A stretch of 63,549 bases of DNA, filler included, from Parasitella parasitica NRRL 2501 (GCA_025201805.1; 5 parts of 5 records of this genome joined end to end with filler, not necessarily neighbours in it); one strand, 5' to 3'. Positions 38,348 to 52,094 are shown, counted from the first letter of the whole stretch. Notes: generated from the sequence alone by a model not told the origin. Numbers and translations are program-made.

Positions 38348-39961
38348 NNNNNNNNNNNNNNNNNNNNNNNNNNNNNNNNNNNNNNNNNNNNNNNNNNNNN
38401 NNNNNNNNNNNNNNNNNNNNNNNNNNNNNNNNNNNNNNNNNNNNNNNNNNNNNNNNNNNNNNNNNNNNNNNNNNNNNNNNNNNNNNNNNNNNNNNNNNNN
38501 NNNNNNNNNNNNNNNNNNNNNNNNNNNNNNNNNNNNNNNNNNNNNNNNNNNNNNNNNNNNNNNNNNNNNNNNNNNNNNNNNNNNNNNNNNNNNNNNNNNN
38601 NNNNNNNNNNNNNNNNNNNNNNNNNNNNNNNNNNNNNNNNNNNNNNNNNNNNNNNNNNNNNNNNNNNNNNNNNNNNNNNNNNNNNNNNNNNNNNNNNNNN
38701 NNNNNNNNNNNNNNNNNNNNNNNNNNNNNNNNNNNNNNNNNNNNNNNNNNNNNNNNNNNNNNNNNNNNNNNNNNNNNNNNNNNNNNNNNNNNNNNNNNNN
38801 NNNNNNNNNNNNNNNNNNNNNNNNNNNNNNNNNNNNNNNNNNNNNNNNNNNNNNNNNNNNNNNNNNNNNNNNNNNNNNNNNNNNNNNNNNNNNNNNNNNN
38901 NNNNNNNNNNNNNNNNNNNNNNNNNNNNNNNNNNNNNNNNNNNNNNNNNNNNNNNNNNNNNNNNNNNNNNNNNNNNNNNNNNNNNNNNNNNNNNNNNNNN
39001 NNNNNNNNNNNNNNNNNNNNNNNNNNNNNNNNNNNNNNNNNNNNNNNNNNNNNNTATTTGCTATAAATTTAAAAATTAGCTTACAGGCGCAGATTGTTCA
39101 AAATTCAACAAAAAGTGCCTCTCGGTATTGAGATTTTGGTATTTTTGCAATTTTTTCCAAAAAAGTAAAAAAGAATGAACATCACCATTTAGAGTAATTT
39201 TTTTGGCTTCTGGCCCAATAGAAATCTGATTTTTTTGATTGGCTGATTATTTTAATTTTTCTGTGGTTATTATACCGTTACAGTATTTTGTTTGTACATG
39301 TTTGCTTTCAAATGTTGAGATGACCTCTTGTAGCGGTGTTTTTCTATTGGCTTCTTTCTGCATGCTTAGCCCAAAACATTGCATATTGTGATGACCGAAT
39401 GCATATTTTAGCTTCTTTGTTAGCTCTCCTTGGCCTTTTTCTTTTGTTTTATCTATCTTTTTACAACTTTATGAGCTGGTATTTTAACTTAAAAAACATA
39501 CAACGTTAGCACATTTGTGCCAAATATAAGTACATTATACAGAGTAATAACATCTTCATGTATCTGTAGTTTCATCACAAGAAATTGTAGCTTCTTTTTC
39601 ATTATAAAGAAAAAGCTTGCAGTATAGCTTGGTAAGAAGAAATGATACGCTGCATATTTTATATATTGCTATCATTATGGTGTATGTATTCGAGTCTATT
39701 CTAACAAACTATTAATCCTTTTCTCAATAATATATAGAGGCTCTACTCAGTTTAATCTTTCATTTGAGAGCATGGTATTACTATGTGCATTAAATTGTTT
39801 GTGGCAACTAAAAAATGACTGACTACTTTTACTGCTGAATATAGGCAATAGCTAAAGATGATGCTATGTACGAAAATTGTTTTTGCATTATACGTCGTTT
39901 GGGTGTCAATGTCAAGTAGTTTTGAGTACTTTTTGGCTTGCTTCTTTTGCTTTATTAATAT

Positions 39962-40369
39962 TGTTTTAATATACGAAATAGATATACAATTAAAACTGAA
40001 TATATTTATTCGTATATCAAAAATAAGAGGATTCTTTTCTACACAACATTTGCCTAGACTATTTATACTTTTTGAGTGCTGACATTGGTTGCATGCTTGT
40101 GGAATCGAGGCTTAATAAACTTGCACCAGATAGAACCAATTACCAGCCATGTGCTGCTAGTACAAGTAATCGTAAAACAGTTATTACCAAAAGGAGACAG
40201 GAAGGAGAGTGGTCTTGAGAAAGAGTATAATCGCCTTGTGGTATAAAGGATTTCTAATAAGTGTAACCATGGTATAATACTTTTGCATAATTGTGAGAAT
40301 ACCCAAGTTGGATTTCAGGCACAACATCAACTCAACAACCCACCTCGCTTAGCCTTTACATCCTAAACA
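39962..40369. repeat. Solo LTR, family C
   Basis: TGTTT...AAACA termini, 5-bp TSD AATAT, second copy at 45847-46260. Confidence 0.93.
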
Positions 40370-40884
40370 AATATACCCTAAAATTAGATTTATTCTATTA
40401 TTTAGGCATGCTACAGGTATAATTTTGTGCCCAGTATCTGAAGATATACGATAATATGAGAGGTTTGTTGCTCATTTTTGCCCTGGATTCTATGAAGTTA
40501 TGAAGCTAAACCTTGCTACTTTTTTTCAAGATGCTGCCTCCTTGCTTCTTTTTTCGAGTATTATATATGATCTAATGTATCATCTCTTTTCACAATTGAT
40601 GTAGGTGGTTATTTGTTACTGTCGTCAACAAAATTTATTATACTCATGCACGTTTCTTGTCTATAGCAAATACCTCAGCGGCTGCTTCAATTTCAAATCG
40701 GGTAATAGCTAATTAATCTTGCACTGTTTTCCATCATTGCCTGTGCCAACCAAAGGCTACATAATCAAGACAATATTGTATGTAACAATATGAAATGAAA
40801 GCAATAATAAATTACTGGTCCATACTACAAAAATTGAGAAATAAACAAAAGCTACAGCTACATTTTTATACGCAAATTTTACTT

Positions 40885-41117
40885 TTTTGAGCACATTTTT
40901 TCAAGCCTTTCGAGCGTAATTTTGAACTTATGAAACTAGTAATTTATGTGCTCATTTGAGCATAAAAATGTGATCATTTAAGATGTTTCAATTTATGTTC
41001 TCGCATGAGCACATTTATCGCCTTAACCTAGCTCGATAAGCACTTTTTTTGGCTCTAAAAAATGTTTCCGTTCATGCACATTTATATTCTTATGAGAACA
41101 TCGGCGAGGCCATAGTG
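40885..41117. mobile_element. Probable CACTA/EnSpm-type right end with subterminal repeats
   Basis: Ends ...GAGGCCATAGTG (reverse complement CACTA) after repeated GAGCACATTT/ATGTGCTC-like motifs in both orientations. Confidence 0.5.
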
Positions 41118-41594
41118 AAGTGTTCAAGCTGGCACCTTGACCTTGCCTTTACATAATCTATAGTTTCATGATGAAATGGTAATAAAAGATACACTTTAAT
41201 ACACAAAAAAAAAAAAACTTTCTTCGCGTATAAAAAATAGGCTCTTTCGCGTATACATCACTTTTTTACAAGTTCTCACCATTACCTCTCGTATGGGTCC
41301 GCCTCTCCGTCTGCCACGCCATTTTCAAACGACGATATCCCGACAACTACGATACATCCATCTTGCATCCCTAGTTCTTTCGATACATCCGTTTTTGCTC
41401 TACAACATATCCAATTTCAACTCAAGATCACTTGTTTTAACCATTTTATTCAACTCTTTCACTTTTTTGCAGATTTTTCGATAGCGTAACTACACACACC
41501 ACAAAAGTTACACTCCATGACAACTATTCCTACTGAGACGTGGGCTGTAATGGCCTCTCGTCATGGCAAGAAACGTTTTGTTCAGCCTAGCAAG

Positions 41595-42108
41595 TGTTTA
41601 GGATACAGACCAAATCTTAGCGGTAATATATTATACTCTGTATAATACATCATAAAGCGAGCATGAGTAGAAATGCGTAGTAGAATGGAATGACTTTATT
41701 TAGACATGGCAAAGAGACATAAGTGGTACCATTGAATGGCGGACCTTTATCCCAGTACAAAGTGGTGATATCCTATGACATTTGGTTCCTGAGGTCGGTG
41801 TTAAAGCCTGATGAATGTTCTTCATCAAAGCTACTAGGAACAACATTCTATCCTTTATACAACGTATCTATGCTCTTGTCTTACTGGTAACTCGAAAACT
41901 CTTATCCACCAAGCTCCTAGGGATTGGTTCAAGGTGTACCCAACTATCCCTCATCCTAGATCATGGTCCTATTGCTGCGGCACTGTCAAATAACTATAAA
42001 TACCTTCAAAACATACACTAGTTTAAATCTTCATTCAATCTTGGAATAGCAAAATAAATATATTCAGTTCTAATTGTATTTTTCTGGCTATATTTTGTTA
42101 TCTAAACA
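41595..42108. repeat. Putative solo LTR (family A')
   Basis: TGTTTAG...CTAAACA 7-bp inverted termini with TATA- and AATAAA-like signals; no clean TSD. Confidence 0.5.
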
Positions 42109-42112
42109 CTAG

Positions 42113-45100
42113 TGCAATAAGAATCAAAGTCAGATTGCTTATTACTGGTTGGACGGCGCCAGGATGATCTAGCTTATTCACTTGCTGCGACTGATTATAA
42201 ATACCATTATCAATATCATTAGTAGTATCATTAGTAGTATCATTAGTAATAGCAACTGTCGCAGCAAGTAAATATAATATAAATACCTTCCTAATTTTTT
42301 ACGAATAAACAGGATCCTTTTTTTTTATCGAAACACTGTTGTATAATTGTTATTGCATCATAACAATTATCTGGTCTGTTATCTGAGTTATTCTTGTATC
42401 GTTTGTAAGCCACAAATATTACATTGGTGGAGAAGTCTAACATGGCAAATCAACCTGGTTCAACTAACTCGTACGGTTCCTCTGCTGAAGGAGGAGAGGG
42501 AGAAGGTATCTCACGTCGTGCGTCTACATCAAACTCTTTTCGTCCATCCGCTGTTAGTTCAAATCAATCAACATCGAATTCAGCTCCGTCTGGTTCCGGT
42601 GATCCAAACATTTATGCATCTGTGACTGGTACTACTACGTCGAGATATTCAAAGACTTCACATACGAGCATACCGACAGTGATGAACTATGGTAATGCAG
42701 TGCCTGGCGGTTCTTGTGCTGACGATAGGGTCCCTGCTCCTACAAGCTTTGCCGAATTTGTAATGAACAACCCGGACGAACATCATCAAAGCTTAAGTCA
42801 AAATGGAGAGGAGGCGGTATCCGATGTTCCTTTTGTCGTGGGAGAACAATTGGTGCTGTACAAATTATTAATCAAAGAATATAATGATTGTATGCCTATG
42901 TGCATGGTGGGCGTCAAGCCATGCTGGAGGAAATTATTGCTACTGAAAGGTCCTATATTGCTGTCCAACACTCGGTCCTACACGTTTCTCCTATGGAACG
43001 GCAAAATATTACAGTAATACTTAGTCATTACGCTGTGAAAATCGAAGAAATGAAAGAGCCAATTAGAGGGTTTGATGGAAGAATCGAGATCACCCGTACA
43101 CAGATATGCGATACTCTGGTTAATGCACTTCATAAGATCCCTGCCGAATCCTTGTTGCAAGTGGTTCAAGAATGTCAATGGCCAAATGAAGACGTGTCCA
43201 GAGATCTCGAACTACCCCTAGACGTTGCTCTGATATACCGCGGAACTTACAGGTTACCGAAGAGAACGGTTTTACCTGACGGATCAATTGATCAAGCTGC
43301 TGATGATGCTGCTGCTCGCATCAAGGAATTAGGGGCTATAATACACAAGCTAAGTATCGGATTGAAAGGCGAGATTATTCCGGTAAAAAAGGAAGGCGAC
43401 AAACCCACGACAGTTCTAAGTGATGTCAAACCTACAGAAAAGAAAATTGATTATATAGAAAGAAGAAAACGAACTAAGATTCCAAAGTTTAATCAAAGAG
43501 CAGCCTCAGAAGCTCAACAATGGCTGAACAATTATGAACATCTATGCGAATATTAATTTCGAGGATGATGAAAAGGTGGCGGAATTATCGGTGGTACTAA
43601 CAGATAATGCATTGAACTGGTATTTGAATATTGATAAAACTGGTTGGTTTGAGGTAAAGGAGGCATTTCTACTACAATTTGGCGGTGGTAATGATCCCGC
43701 GTTGGTGGCATTAGCTAAATTAAAGAAGCTGCGACAAGGTCAACAAAGTTCCATCGCAAGGGGGAAGCGGTGTGGGAGCTGTGTGCAATAAAATTGGGAT
43801 CAATTTTATGTGAAAATAAAAAAAAAGTAAAAAAATAAAGCCAAAGAAATACAATTATAGTCTTTCCACCTTTATTTTCGATTAAAAGAAAACTGAAGAA
43901 AAGATACATGCTCTTTAAGAGAGCTTGTATTTATACTACTTTGTAAAATTGCCTCACTACAGTGAGAGTGCTTATTTTACAGCTTATTTGAAGAATGACT
44001 TTTGTTGACATTCTCTCACTTGTATTGTAGTTGAGATTTCGATATGTTGGTACTGAAATTGATACTATGGTTTTGGGCAGGATTGTAATATTTGAGGATC
44101 CTGATTATTTCTAATGCGACTGAGCTTTCCTTATTGTGTAATAAACAAGCTATTTCTGGCATCTAGAATTATTGCAATTGTTTTAACAATTGCATTGTTT
44201 ATACATGTTTGGAATTTGTTTATTTGTAATCATGAGTAGCGTTGTTCAACATTAGCATGTGCCAAGGTTGTAGGAGATTGTACTTTGATCAGGAGTGCAA
44301 GCCTCTACCAACACTTGTAAATGTTTACTTGTGCTTTTCATGTATTTCTTTCTTGGATGGATCAGCCATGATCCATCTGGATTTTATTTTAATGTAATTG
44401 TGGTGCTATATAATAGGTGCCATTTCATTACACTGTGCAATTCCTCTCGGGAATCTTACAATTGAAAGCGGAACAGTTAAAGGATAAGATAATCCAGACA
44501 ATCCTAAAAGAAGACGTCAAGAAACCATATGCTTTTAAGGACGACATTCTCTGGTATCAATACAAAGACGGCTCGATGGTTCCAATCACTCCTCAGCCCA
44601 TGGTCAAGTCGCTATTAAGAAGCGTGCACAATCTCCCAACTGGTGGCCAACCATGATTGACGATTTAAATCATTGGATTAGAACATGCGAAGAATGCCAA
44701 CGCTACAAGATCCGAAATGATTCGGCGGTACCACCGATGAAGCCAATTATACCTTCAGGAATAGGCAAAATCTGGGCTCTGGACACAGCAATGCTCCCTT
44801 TATCGACAACTGGCAACAGATACCTGCTGATAATGTGTGAATACTTGAGCAAATGAACGATTGCGCTACTTAGGACACTGACCATATAGCACAAGCGCTA
44901 TTATATGAACTAGTGTTAAAGTTCTCGGTTCTAACAAGATTGATCACAGATAATGGCTCTTCGCTGGTGGGTGATGCTATGACTCAGGTATGGGCAAGAC
45001 TAGGCATTAAACAATCGTTGACCTCGGTGAAACACCCACAGACGGATGGACTAGTAGAACGTATGAACAGAACACTAAAGACATCGCTTGCAACTGCTGT

Positions 45101-46375
45101 TCGTAACGAACCAAGAAAATGGGATCCATATTTACAATTTATCACGTTCGCCTACAACACAGCAAAGCATGCCTCAACTGGTTTCTCTCCTTTCCAAGTA
45201 ATGTTTGGTCGACAGCCGGTGCTCCCAAACAAACAAGGTTTGATCCTTCCTACTTTCAAGACATACGAAACGGAAACCTCGGGTAAACTACTTGAATAAG
45301 TACATATATATACATCTACCAGTACTGCACGAAAAGGTACTTCAAAACATCAAGACAGCGCAAGGTTATCAGAAGACTTTTTACGACAAAGGCAAACGGG
45401 TCAAATATGATTGTAAGATTGGTGATTTCATTCTTCGCAAGAATCTGGAGAAGACCTCGTTCCCGAAAGAACTTTGGATAGGCCCTTACATCATTCCCAG
45501 TAAGAACAACAGGGAAAGAACCTCCTACAAGATCGTCAAAAGAGGAGCCTCACATGAACATGTAACCACAGCAAATGTACGACATACGAGGCCATACCAT
45601 GAGGATCAAGATGCGAAGGCCACTCTTCTTGAGGAGGAAACAATGTAATTAATAAGAATCAAATCCAGATTGCTTATTACTGGTTAAACGGCGCTAGGAT
45701 GATCTAGCTTATTCACTTGCTGCGACTGATTATAAATAATACCACTATTAATATCATTAGTAATATCATTAGTAATAGCAACTGTCGCAGCAAGTAAAAA
45801 TAATATACAGTAAATTCCTTGCTAATTTTTTATGAATAAACAGGATTGTTTTAATATACAAAATAGATATACAACAATTAAAACTGGATACATTTATTCG
45901 TATATAAAAAATAAGATGATTGTTCTATACACAACATTTGCCTAGACTATTTATACTTTTCGAGTGCTGACATCGTCGGTTACATGCTTGTGGAATTGAG
46001 ACTTAATAAACTTGTACCAGATAGAACCAATTACTAGCCATGTGCTGCTAGTACAAGTAATCGTAAACCAGTTATTACCAGAAGGAGACAGGAAGGATAG
46101 TGGTCTTGAGAAAGAGTATAATCGCCTTGTGGTATAAAGGATTTCTAATGAGTGTAACCATGGTATAATACTTTTGCATAATTGTGAGAATACCCAAGTT
46201 GGATCTCAGGCACAACATCAACTCAACAACCCACCTCGCTTAGTCTTTACATCCTAAACAAGGATCCTTTTTTTTATCGAAACACTGTCATTTCAATATT
46301 ATTACATCATAACAATTATCTGGTCTGTTATCTGAGTTATTCTTACTATATCGTTTGTAAGCCACAAGTATTACA
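42113..46375 (+). mobile_element. Ty3/gypsy element B, internally deleted and degenerate
   Basis: 5' LTR 42113-42423, PBS TGGTGGAGA (complementary to a tRNA-Ala 3' end), frameshifted gag about 42442-43750, integrase remnants about 44430-45648 (TDNG, HPQTDGLVERMNRT, WIGPY), PPT GAGGAGGAAA, 3' LTR 45644-46375; CTAG on both flanks; no protease or RT visible. Confidence 0.9.
45847..46260. repeat. Solo LTR, family C, nested in the 3' LTR of element B
   Basis: 5-bp TSD AGGAT (45842-45846 and 46261-46265); matches 39962-40369. Confidence 0.93.
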
Positions 46376-46380
46376 CCTAG

Positions 46381-48474
46381 GTAGTCCTTTCAACACCATA
46401 GACATCAGTCTGGCGAAGCTGCTTGGTAGCGAAGTGAATGCATACAACGATTCATTTGCCTGGAATGCTGTTCTCTTGCTGCTGCTATCCTCGCTGTTGA
46501 GCGGTAATTGCCAAAATTCTGATTTCAAGTTGCAGGGAGAGAAATACTTGTATCCTCTAAGCTTTTCTAGTAAATCCGGGATTAATGGTAATGGGAATTC
46601 GTCTTTGATCACCATTTTGCTCAGGTTCCTTTATTCTACGTAAAATCTGAATGTTCCATCTGGCTTCTTGATTAAGATAACTGATGAACACCAATTACTT
46701 TGGCTTGGTACAGTGACTCCTTTTTGAAACATAACCTTTACTTCCTCCGCAATGGCTGCATTCTCTGCTGGTAATCTACGAAAGTCCCTAGTTACAATCG
46801 GTTTAGCATCTCCCTTATTGATTGAATGTTTGTACGGTGCGGTTGTCTTGTTTTGCATTGCAGTATTACTGGTTAGGTTTGGGAACTTTTTCAGTATCTC
46901 ATCCACTGTCGTTTCCATATTGCTCATGAATTCCGCCTGATTCTTTTTGCTGATCTTCTTTTCCTTGGCTTGGATAACGATATCCTCTTGGTCCAGCCAA
47001 TCCATTCCTAGTAGAATGATATCTTCAATTTGCTGTTCTACCACGTACACGTATGCTTTATTTGCTTTGTTCCTTCTTGTTGAATGTAAAATTCATGATT
47101 GCCTTCTTTGTTGTGTACTGTTGGGAGTTGTTTCCGTACGAGATAGCGATACCTGGTGTTGATATAGTTTCCAAACCTAGTTTCTTTGCAATCGTCTGTT
47201 TGATTGAACTAATGGTTGATCCAGTATCTACTAGCGTTTTGCGCATGAAGAACTGTTCTTCCTTCTTCTTGACGTCCACCTTGAATCTGTTTCCAGTGTG
47301 GAATAATTTTTCCGCCTCCTGGCTATTGTTGATGATTAAATGAGCGAACATTTTCATCCTCTTCGCGTTGCACCTGTTGAACGTTCTGTTCCCTCTTCAT
47401 ACTCCAGCAATTCTTACTGATGTGTCCCACCTTCTAGTGGCACTTGAAGCATTTGCGTGTTTCCTTACGCTTATTCATCTTCTTGTCTGGCCTGCTATCA
47501 AACTTTTTCTGGTTGCCCTGCTTGCGTTGGTAGTTCTGTTAAGCTGGTGCGTATTCTTCTTTGGCATGATTCAGTTCCGGTTTGATCGGTCCCATGTACT
47601 GTATGTGTCTGCTTGATTGTTGGCTAAAGATCTCTGTCATAGAACAGGATTTGTACATTGGTTTACCCGCGGAATTGTACAACTTTAATGGCAATTTCGT
47701 GATATAAACTTTAATAAACATTTTAGTTACCTAAAGGTATGTTCATAAAAATCTTGCCTATAAACAAGTCCATAAATTTTTTATATCTACAATACACCAA
47801 TTAATTTTGTAGTTGTCAATTTCTATCTTCATCAACATCTACTTTCAATCTTTCTATCAGGTTTATTGGTCAATCATACATCACACCATCATGGTATATT
47901 TCTTTATCTTTAAATTCCACATTTAGTATAAATAGCAATAGTTTATTCATAGCCATGAGAAGATCCTCATCCTAACATAAAATAAAACAACATCTTAAAA
48001 AGATTTTCACAATCTCTCTATGTCAGTAGCCACACACTCTAATGCCATATCGTCCAAGTTAGTTACTCTGGACAAAATCACAGCTCGTTCCAGATCTGAC
48101 TTCAGCTTATCCCTTAGATAATCCAGTTGAATGTTCGGCAATAATAGACCTGCTCTCTGTAAAAGCGTCTTCAACTGTAATCCGAACACCTTCATCGGCT
48201 TGTTGCTCTGCTTGTACGTTTTTAATTCGTTAAAAGCTGCCAACATCGGAACATCTCCCAATGCGTGTTGACGCAAGAATTCTTGTTTGACTTTCTCCCA
48301 TGATTGTGCTATGGCCGGATCCAAACCTATGTACCAGTCTAGGGCTGTACCTGTGAGGAACCCCACTATCTCTTTCGCTTTTTCTTCTTCCGTGAATCCC
48401 AAGAAGTTAGCCAGTATTTCGTATCGTTGAAGCCATTTCTCCGCCTCGAATGCTGATCTTTTCTCGTATTGATG
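46381..48474 (-). mobile_element. Ty3/gypsy gag-protease-RT remnant (element D)
   Basis: Gag AEKWL..YE...LTGTALDWY, CCHC knuckle (CFKCH..GHISKNC), protease LVDTGST, ILLGMDWL, RT WCSSVILIKKPDG.FRF, DEFPLPLI; many stops and frameshifts; AT-rich insert about 47670-48005. Confidence 0.9.
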
Positions 48475-48833
48475 TGTCAATTTCCCAACCGGAAGTCAAA
48501 CTCAAGTAAACTCAATCCTGAACACAATTCAGGAACATATCCCAATGGATCATGTTCCTTATTTATAACTCAACATGACATGTTCATGGATAATAGATAC
48601 GATCTATCGTTCCATTCTCTAAATCACACCATGTCTCACACTTGTATCTTATTCTCCCATCAGTCCACTTAGATTCACTAGTATATAAACCATCATTTCT
48701 TCCATGTAATAAACGAGATCTTTACCTGATTAATTCACAACCGTTTTATTTGAATAATTTCTCATTCTGATAAATCAAGTGATATGTATTTATAGATCAA
48801 GATGTATAATTATTTTGCCTTGAAGGCTTGACA
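48475..48833 (+). repeat. Putative LTR (family E)
   Basis: TGTCAA...TTGACA termini, TATATAAA and AATAAA inside, followed by GGTT (PBS-like). Confidence 0.55.
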
Positions 48834-48859
48834 GGTTCATGACAGATACCAAGCTCAGA

Positions 48860-50516
48860 CCGCGCAGCTGGCTCCTATAACCAAACCATCTAAGCTGCAT
48901 GCACTGCGTTTAGACACAGCTACATTGTTCGCCACACTCTACTCCAAGAAAGTTGCGCACAGAACTTACATCTACGACTTTGAAGGAGAACCTATTTTAT
49001 CAGCGTCAAAAATTATTGTGTCTTTGGTAGTCTTCTTAAAATCGCCATCTATATAAAGTGCGGTAGCATCAAGTTATGGACTCAATTTTGCCCAACATCA
49101 ATATATATTGCCAGGACTCAAGGTTGTACGCATCTACGGTATTCAAAAACCAAAACGATTCAGAGGCAGTCCAACGGCAACTGAAAAGAGGTAATGACAC
49201 AAGACATGGGAGAACTAGAAACTTTTCTACAAGCGAAATTGAAGATGCAGCAGATAGAATTAAATGATTTTCTACTGAAAGAAGAATGTGATCTTGAAGG
49301 AGCTTATGAGAGTGGAAAAGGCCAAGCTGAAGAAGCGAGATCTTACAAGAGATTTACTGCATACGAAAATGTAGATTTCTGATTTAAGACAGCAAATTTA
49401 CGCTGCAAAGCACCCGTCTTCACTGCAAAAACAAAAGAAGTTCATTGTAGATGGCACTGTTTGCCACAAAAAAGCTGAAAGTTGCAGGCTGGACGCCCAA
49501 TTAGATTTGGAAACGATAGCTTTCTGTGATACGGACAACGGCATAATTAAAATTACAGAAACACAGCGTTCAATATCAAGATGTTCGAGTATCATTTAAG
49601 CTTGTATAATCGATTTCAAGTTTTGGAAAAAGTTTAACTCTACAAAATACAGATGATTCAATGGAAAATGGCAGATATAGATGATGTCAATCCTACAGAA
49701 AATGAAAACAAAGATTTTCTCTATCTCCCAAGATCTCTTTTGTTGGCGTCCGAATAAGTAGCTGAAGGCAGTCAGGTCGAGGACCTATACAAATTCTTTG
49801 AATGAATACAAAAAAACTTCAGCATTGGGACAATATGAGATGGCTAGTGAGTAGGAGCAGGCTGAAAATAGTTTGAAAAACTGTCATACAGTCGAAGATC
49901 TGGACACTACGCTTTCCATTCACATTCAGCATCGCTCTTCTATCCGCAATTTTTACTATGGAAATTCAAATGCAAAGAGGTCGAGAAGGCTTGAATTGAC
50001 CAAATCTACATTTTATGATACCATAGCAAGCAAGGAGCGACGCTTTATGGGTGCTCAGCAATCTTTCATGTATATCGGTGATCGTGGGCACAAATTTGGC
50101 TCGGCTATTAAAGTCTATCAGCGTTTTGGTGAACTTTGGGAAGAGAAAAGACACGCCAGGTACACATCCCCGGTTATCACTAATGAGCATAACTTAACTT
50201 GTCTTTTCTGCTTTTCAAAATTAGCCCATTCAATCTTCTCCAGTATTCATCACAAGCTCAAGACGGTGGAAGAGTCTTTTGTATGTCTAAATCAAGAATA
50301 TCCTAGTAGATTCAGCGACGGTTCAGAGACAAGATTTCAACAATGGCAATTGGTTTGGCTGACCTGGCGATGACTTTATTTGGGGTGACATTCCCCTGCT
50401 TCGACTCAGTGAGAACAACAACAAAATCATCAATGTTTAGCAAGACAGCTCGCAATTTTTTGAACGGAAAACATCGTTCAAAGGGCTCGCTCGTCGATGA
50501 TGGTAATACTCTTTAG
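48860..50516 (+). pseudogene. Fanzor (eukaryotic TnpB-like RuvC nuclease), degenerate
   Basis: RuvC-I AFCDTDNG (about 49520-49542), IGDRG..GSAIK, RuvC-II ITNEH, Zn finger CLFC...C.N, RuvC-III RDKISTMAIGL (RD at 50325-50330), LFGVTFPCF, last frame ends TAG 50514-50516; several stops and frameshifts. Confidence 0.82.
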
Positions 50517-50575
50517 GGTAGGTAGACGCAACCGCAGAAAACGTTAGGTACACTAAATGCAATCCATACCACAAA
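50440..50575 (+). ncRNA. Candidate Fanzor omega-RNA scaffold and right end
   Basis: Position overlapping the Fanzor 3' end; hairpins TTGAACG-GAAAACAT-CGTTCAA, TACTC-TTTA-GGGTA, GGT-AGACGCA-ACC. Boundaries are guessed. Confidence 0.45.
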
Positions 50576-50914
50576 TACTTTTCTTTTCTTCTTGGTAAGT
50601 GTAATTCAGTGCATGAGACGCTGTAGACTAATGAAAGCAACTTTTTTTTTTTAGATCTCAAGTTGCTATACAATTACTCATTTGCCTTTTAATTTTGGAA
50701 AGGGTTTGATTTTTTTAATAATACATACTATGTATGATCTCTTATAGATATAAAAGTACTTCATTCTTTGACAATTAAACTGTGCCAAATCAAAGACTCT
50801 AAAGACAACCTAACATAGTAGAAATAATGTCATGTAATGATTGGCCCAAGTTTTTTTTTATTTGCTTTAACGGAACAAAGTATTTTGGAGACCTTTCAAC
50901 TTTTTTTATCCACA

Positions 50915-51928
50915 ATGACCGCCTTTCTGGAGAACTGTAATAATTTTTTAGAGCAATTCACCTTGTCTGTCTTACGCAAAGGTAAAATACCTCGACATGT
51001 AGGATTTATTTTGGATGGAAATAGACGTTTTGCACGAAAAGCGGGCGCAAAGTCTACCAAATTTGGCCACTATGAAGGATTCAGGCAATTAGAAAAAGTA
51101 AATCAAAAATGCTGGTTTATCATATCAAACAGATAGATTAATTATACTTGCATATTTGTAAAAGGTTTTGGATTTATGTATGCAACTGGGAATCGAGGCA
51201 GTAACAGTGTACGCATTTAGTTTGGAAAATTTTAATAGATCCCAAGATGAGGTGGATTATCTGATGAAACTTTTTTGTGATGCTTTCGAAGGATTTTGTG
51301 AGAAAAAGTAGGTTATTTGATTTAAATAGTCAATGATTCTAACAAAAGGAATAGTGCATTGATTGATAAATATGAAATTGGTGTTCGGTTTTTGGGTGAC
51401 ATAAGTCGTTTACCTCAAAATGTACAAGATGTTGTTTGTAAAGTGTCAGAGCAGACAAAAAAGAACAAGAGGTAAGATGTTTGTTAAATAGAGATATAGT
51501 TAGTTTTATACTAAAGGTTTGCAAAAAAAAAACTGTAGACGTATATTTAATGTGTGTTGTCCTTATACCTCAAGAGATGAGATGACAACAGCGATAAAAG
51601 ATACAATCGAATTAGTGAAACAAGGGAAAATGTCAGCAGAGTGAGGTTTTGTTACATTATCCAACCGCATCACTTGACTTACTTTATCTGTAGTGACATT
51701 ACAGATCAAACTATCAAAGACCATCTTTTTACAGCAAACTGTCCATCATTGGACATTCTAGTTCGCACATCAGGAGAAATTCGTCTGAGTGATTTTCTAT
51801 TATGGCAGGCTAATGACCATTGTCAGATTCAATTTGTAAACTGCTACTGGCCAGAATTCTCTTTGTGGAAGTTACTGCCAATTTTGTTAGAGTATCAGAT
51901 TTATTCTGATCATCAAGTGCAGGAATAG
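50915..51928 (+). CDS. RER2: cis-prenyltransferase / dehydrodolichyl diphosphate synthase (multi-exon)
   Basis: [59 protein letters not shown]. Confidence 0.95.
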
Positions 51929-52094
51929 GCTTGACAACGCTCGTGTATTACAGACAGCCAGTTAGTGCATTCACTGACTTGCCATGAATACCCAGCGTTA
52001 AATATTAACGAATACGCATAATTTCTTTATATTTGGTAACAAGAATGTAAAAAATTATTAACATGAGGAATGGACAATAAATAAAAATCTATAT

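Noticed and set aside
41517-41594. Possible LINE ORF1 start (MTTIPTETWAVMASRHGKKRF) cut by an LTR
   Set aside because: Too short to support a call.
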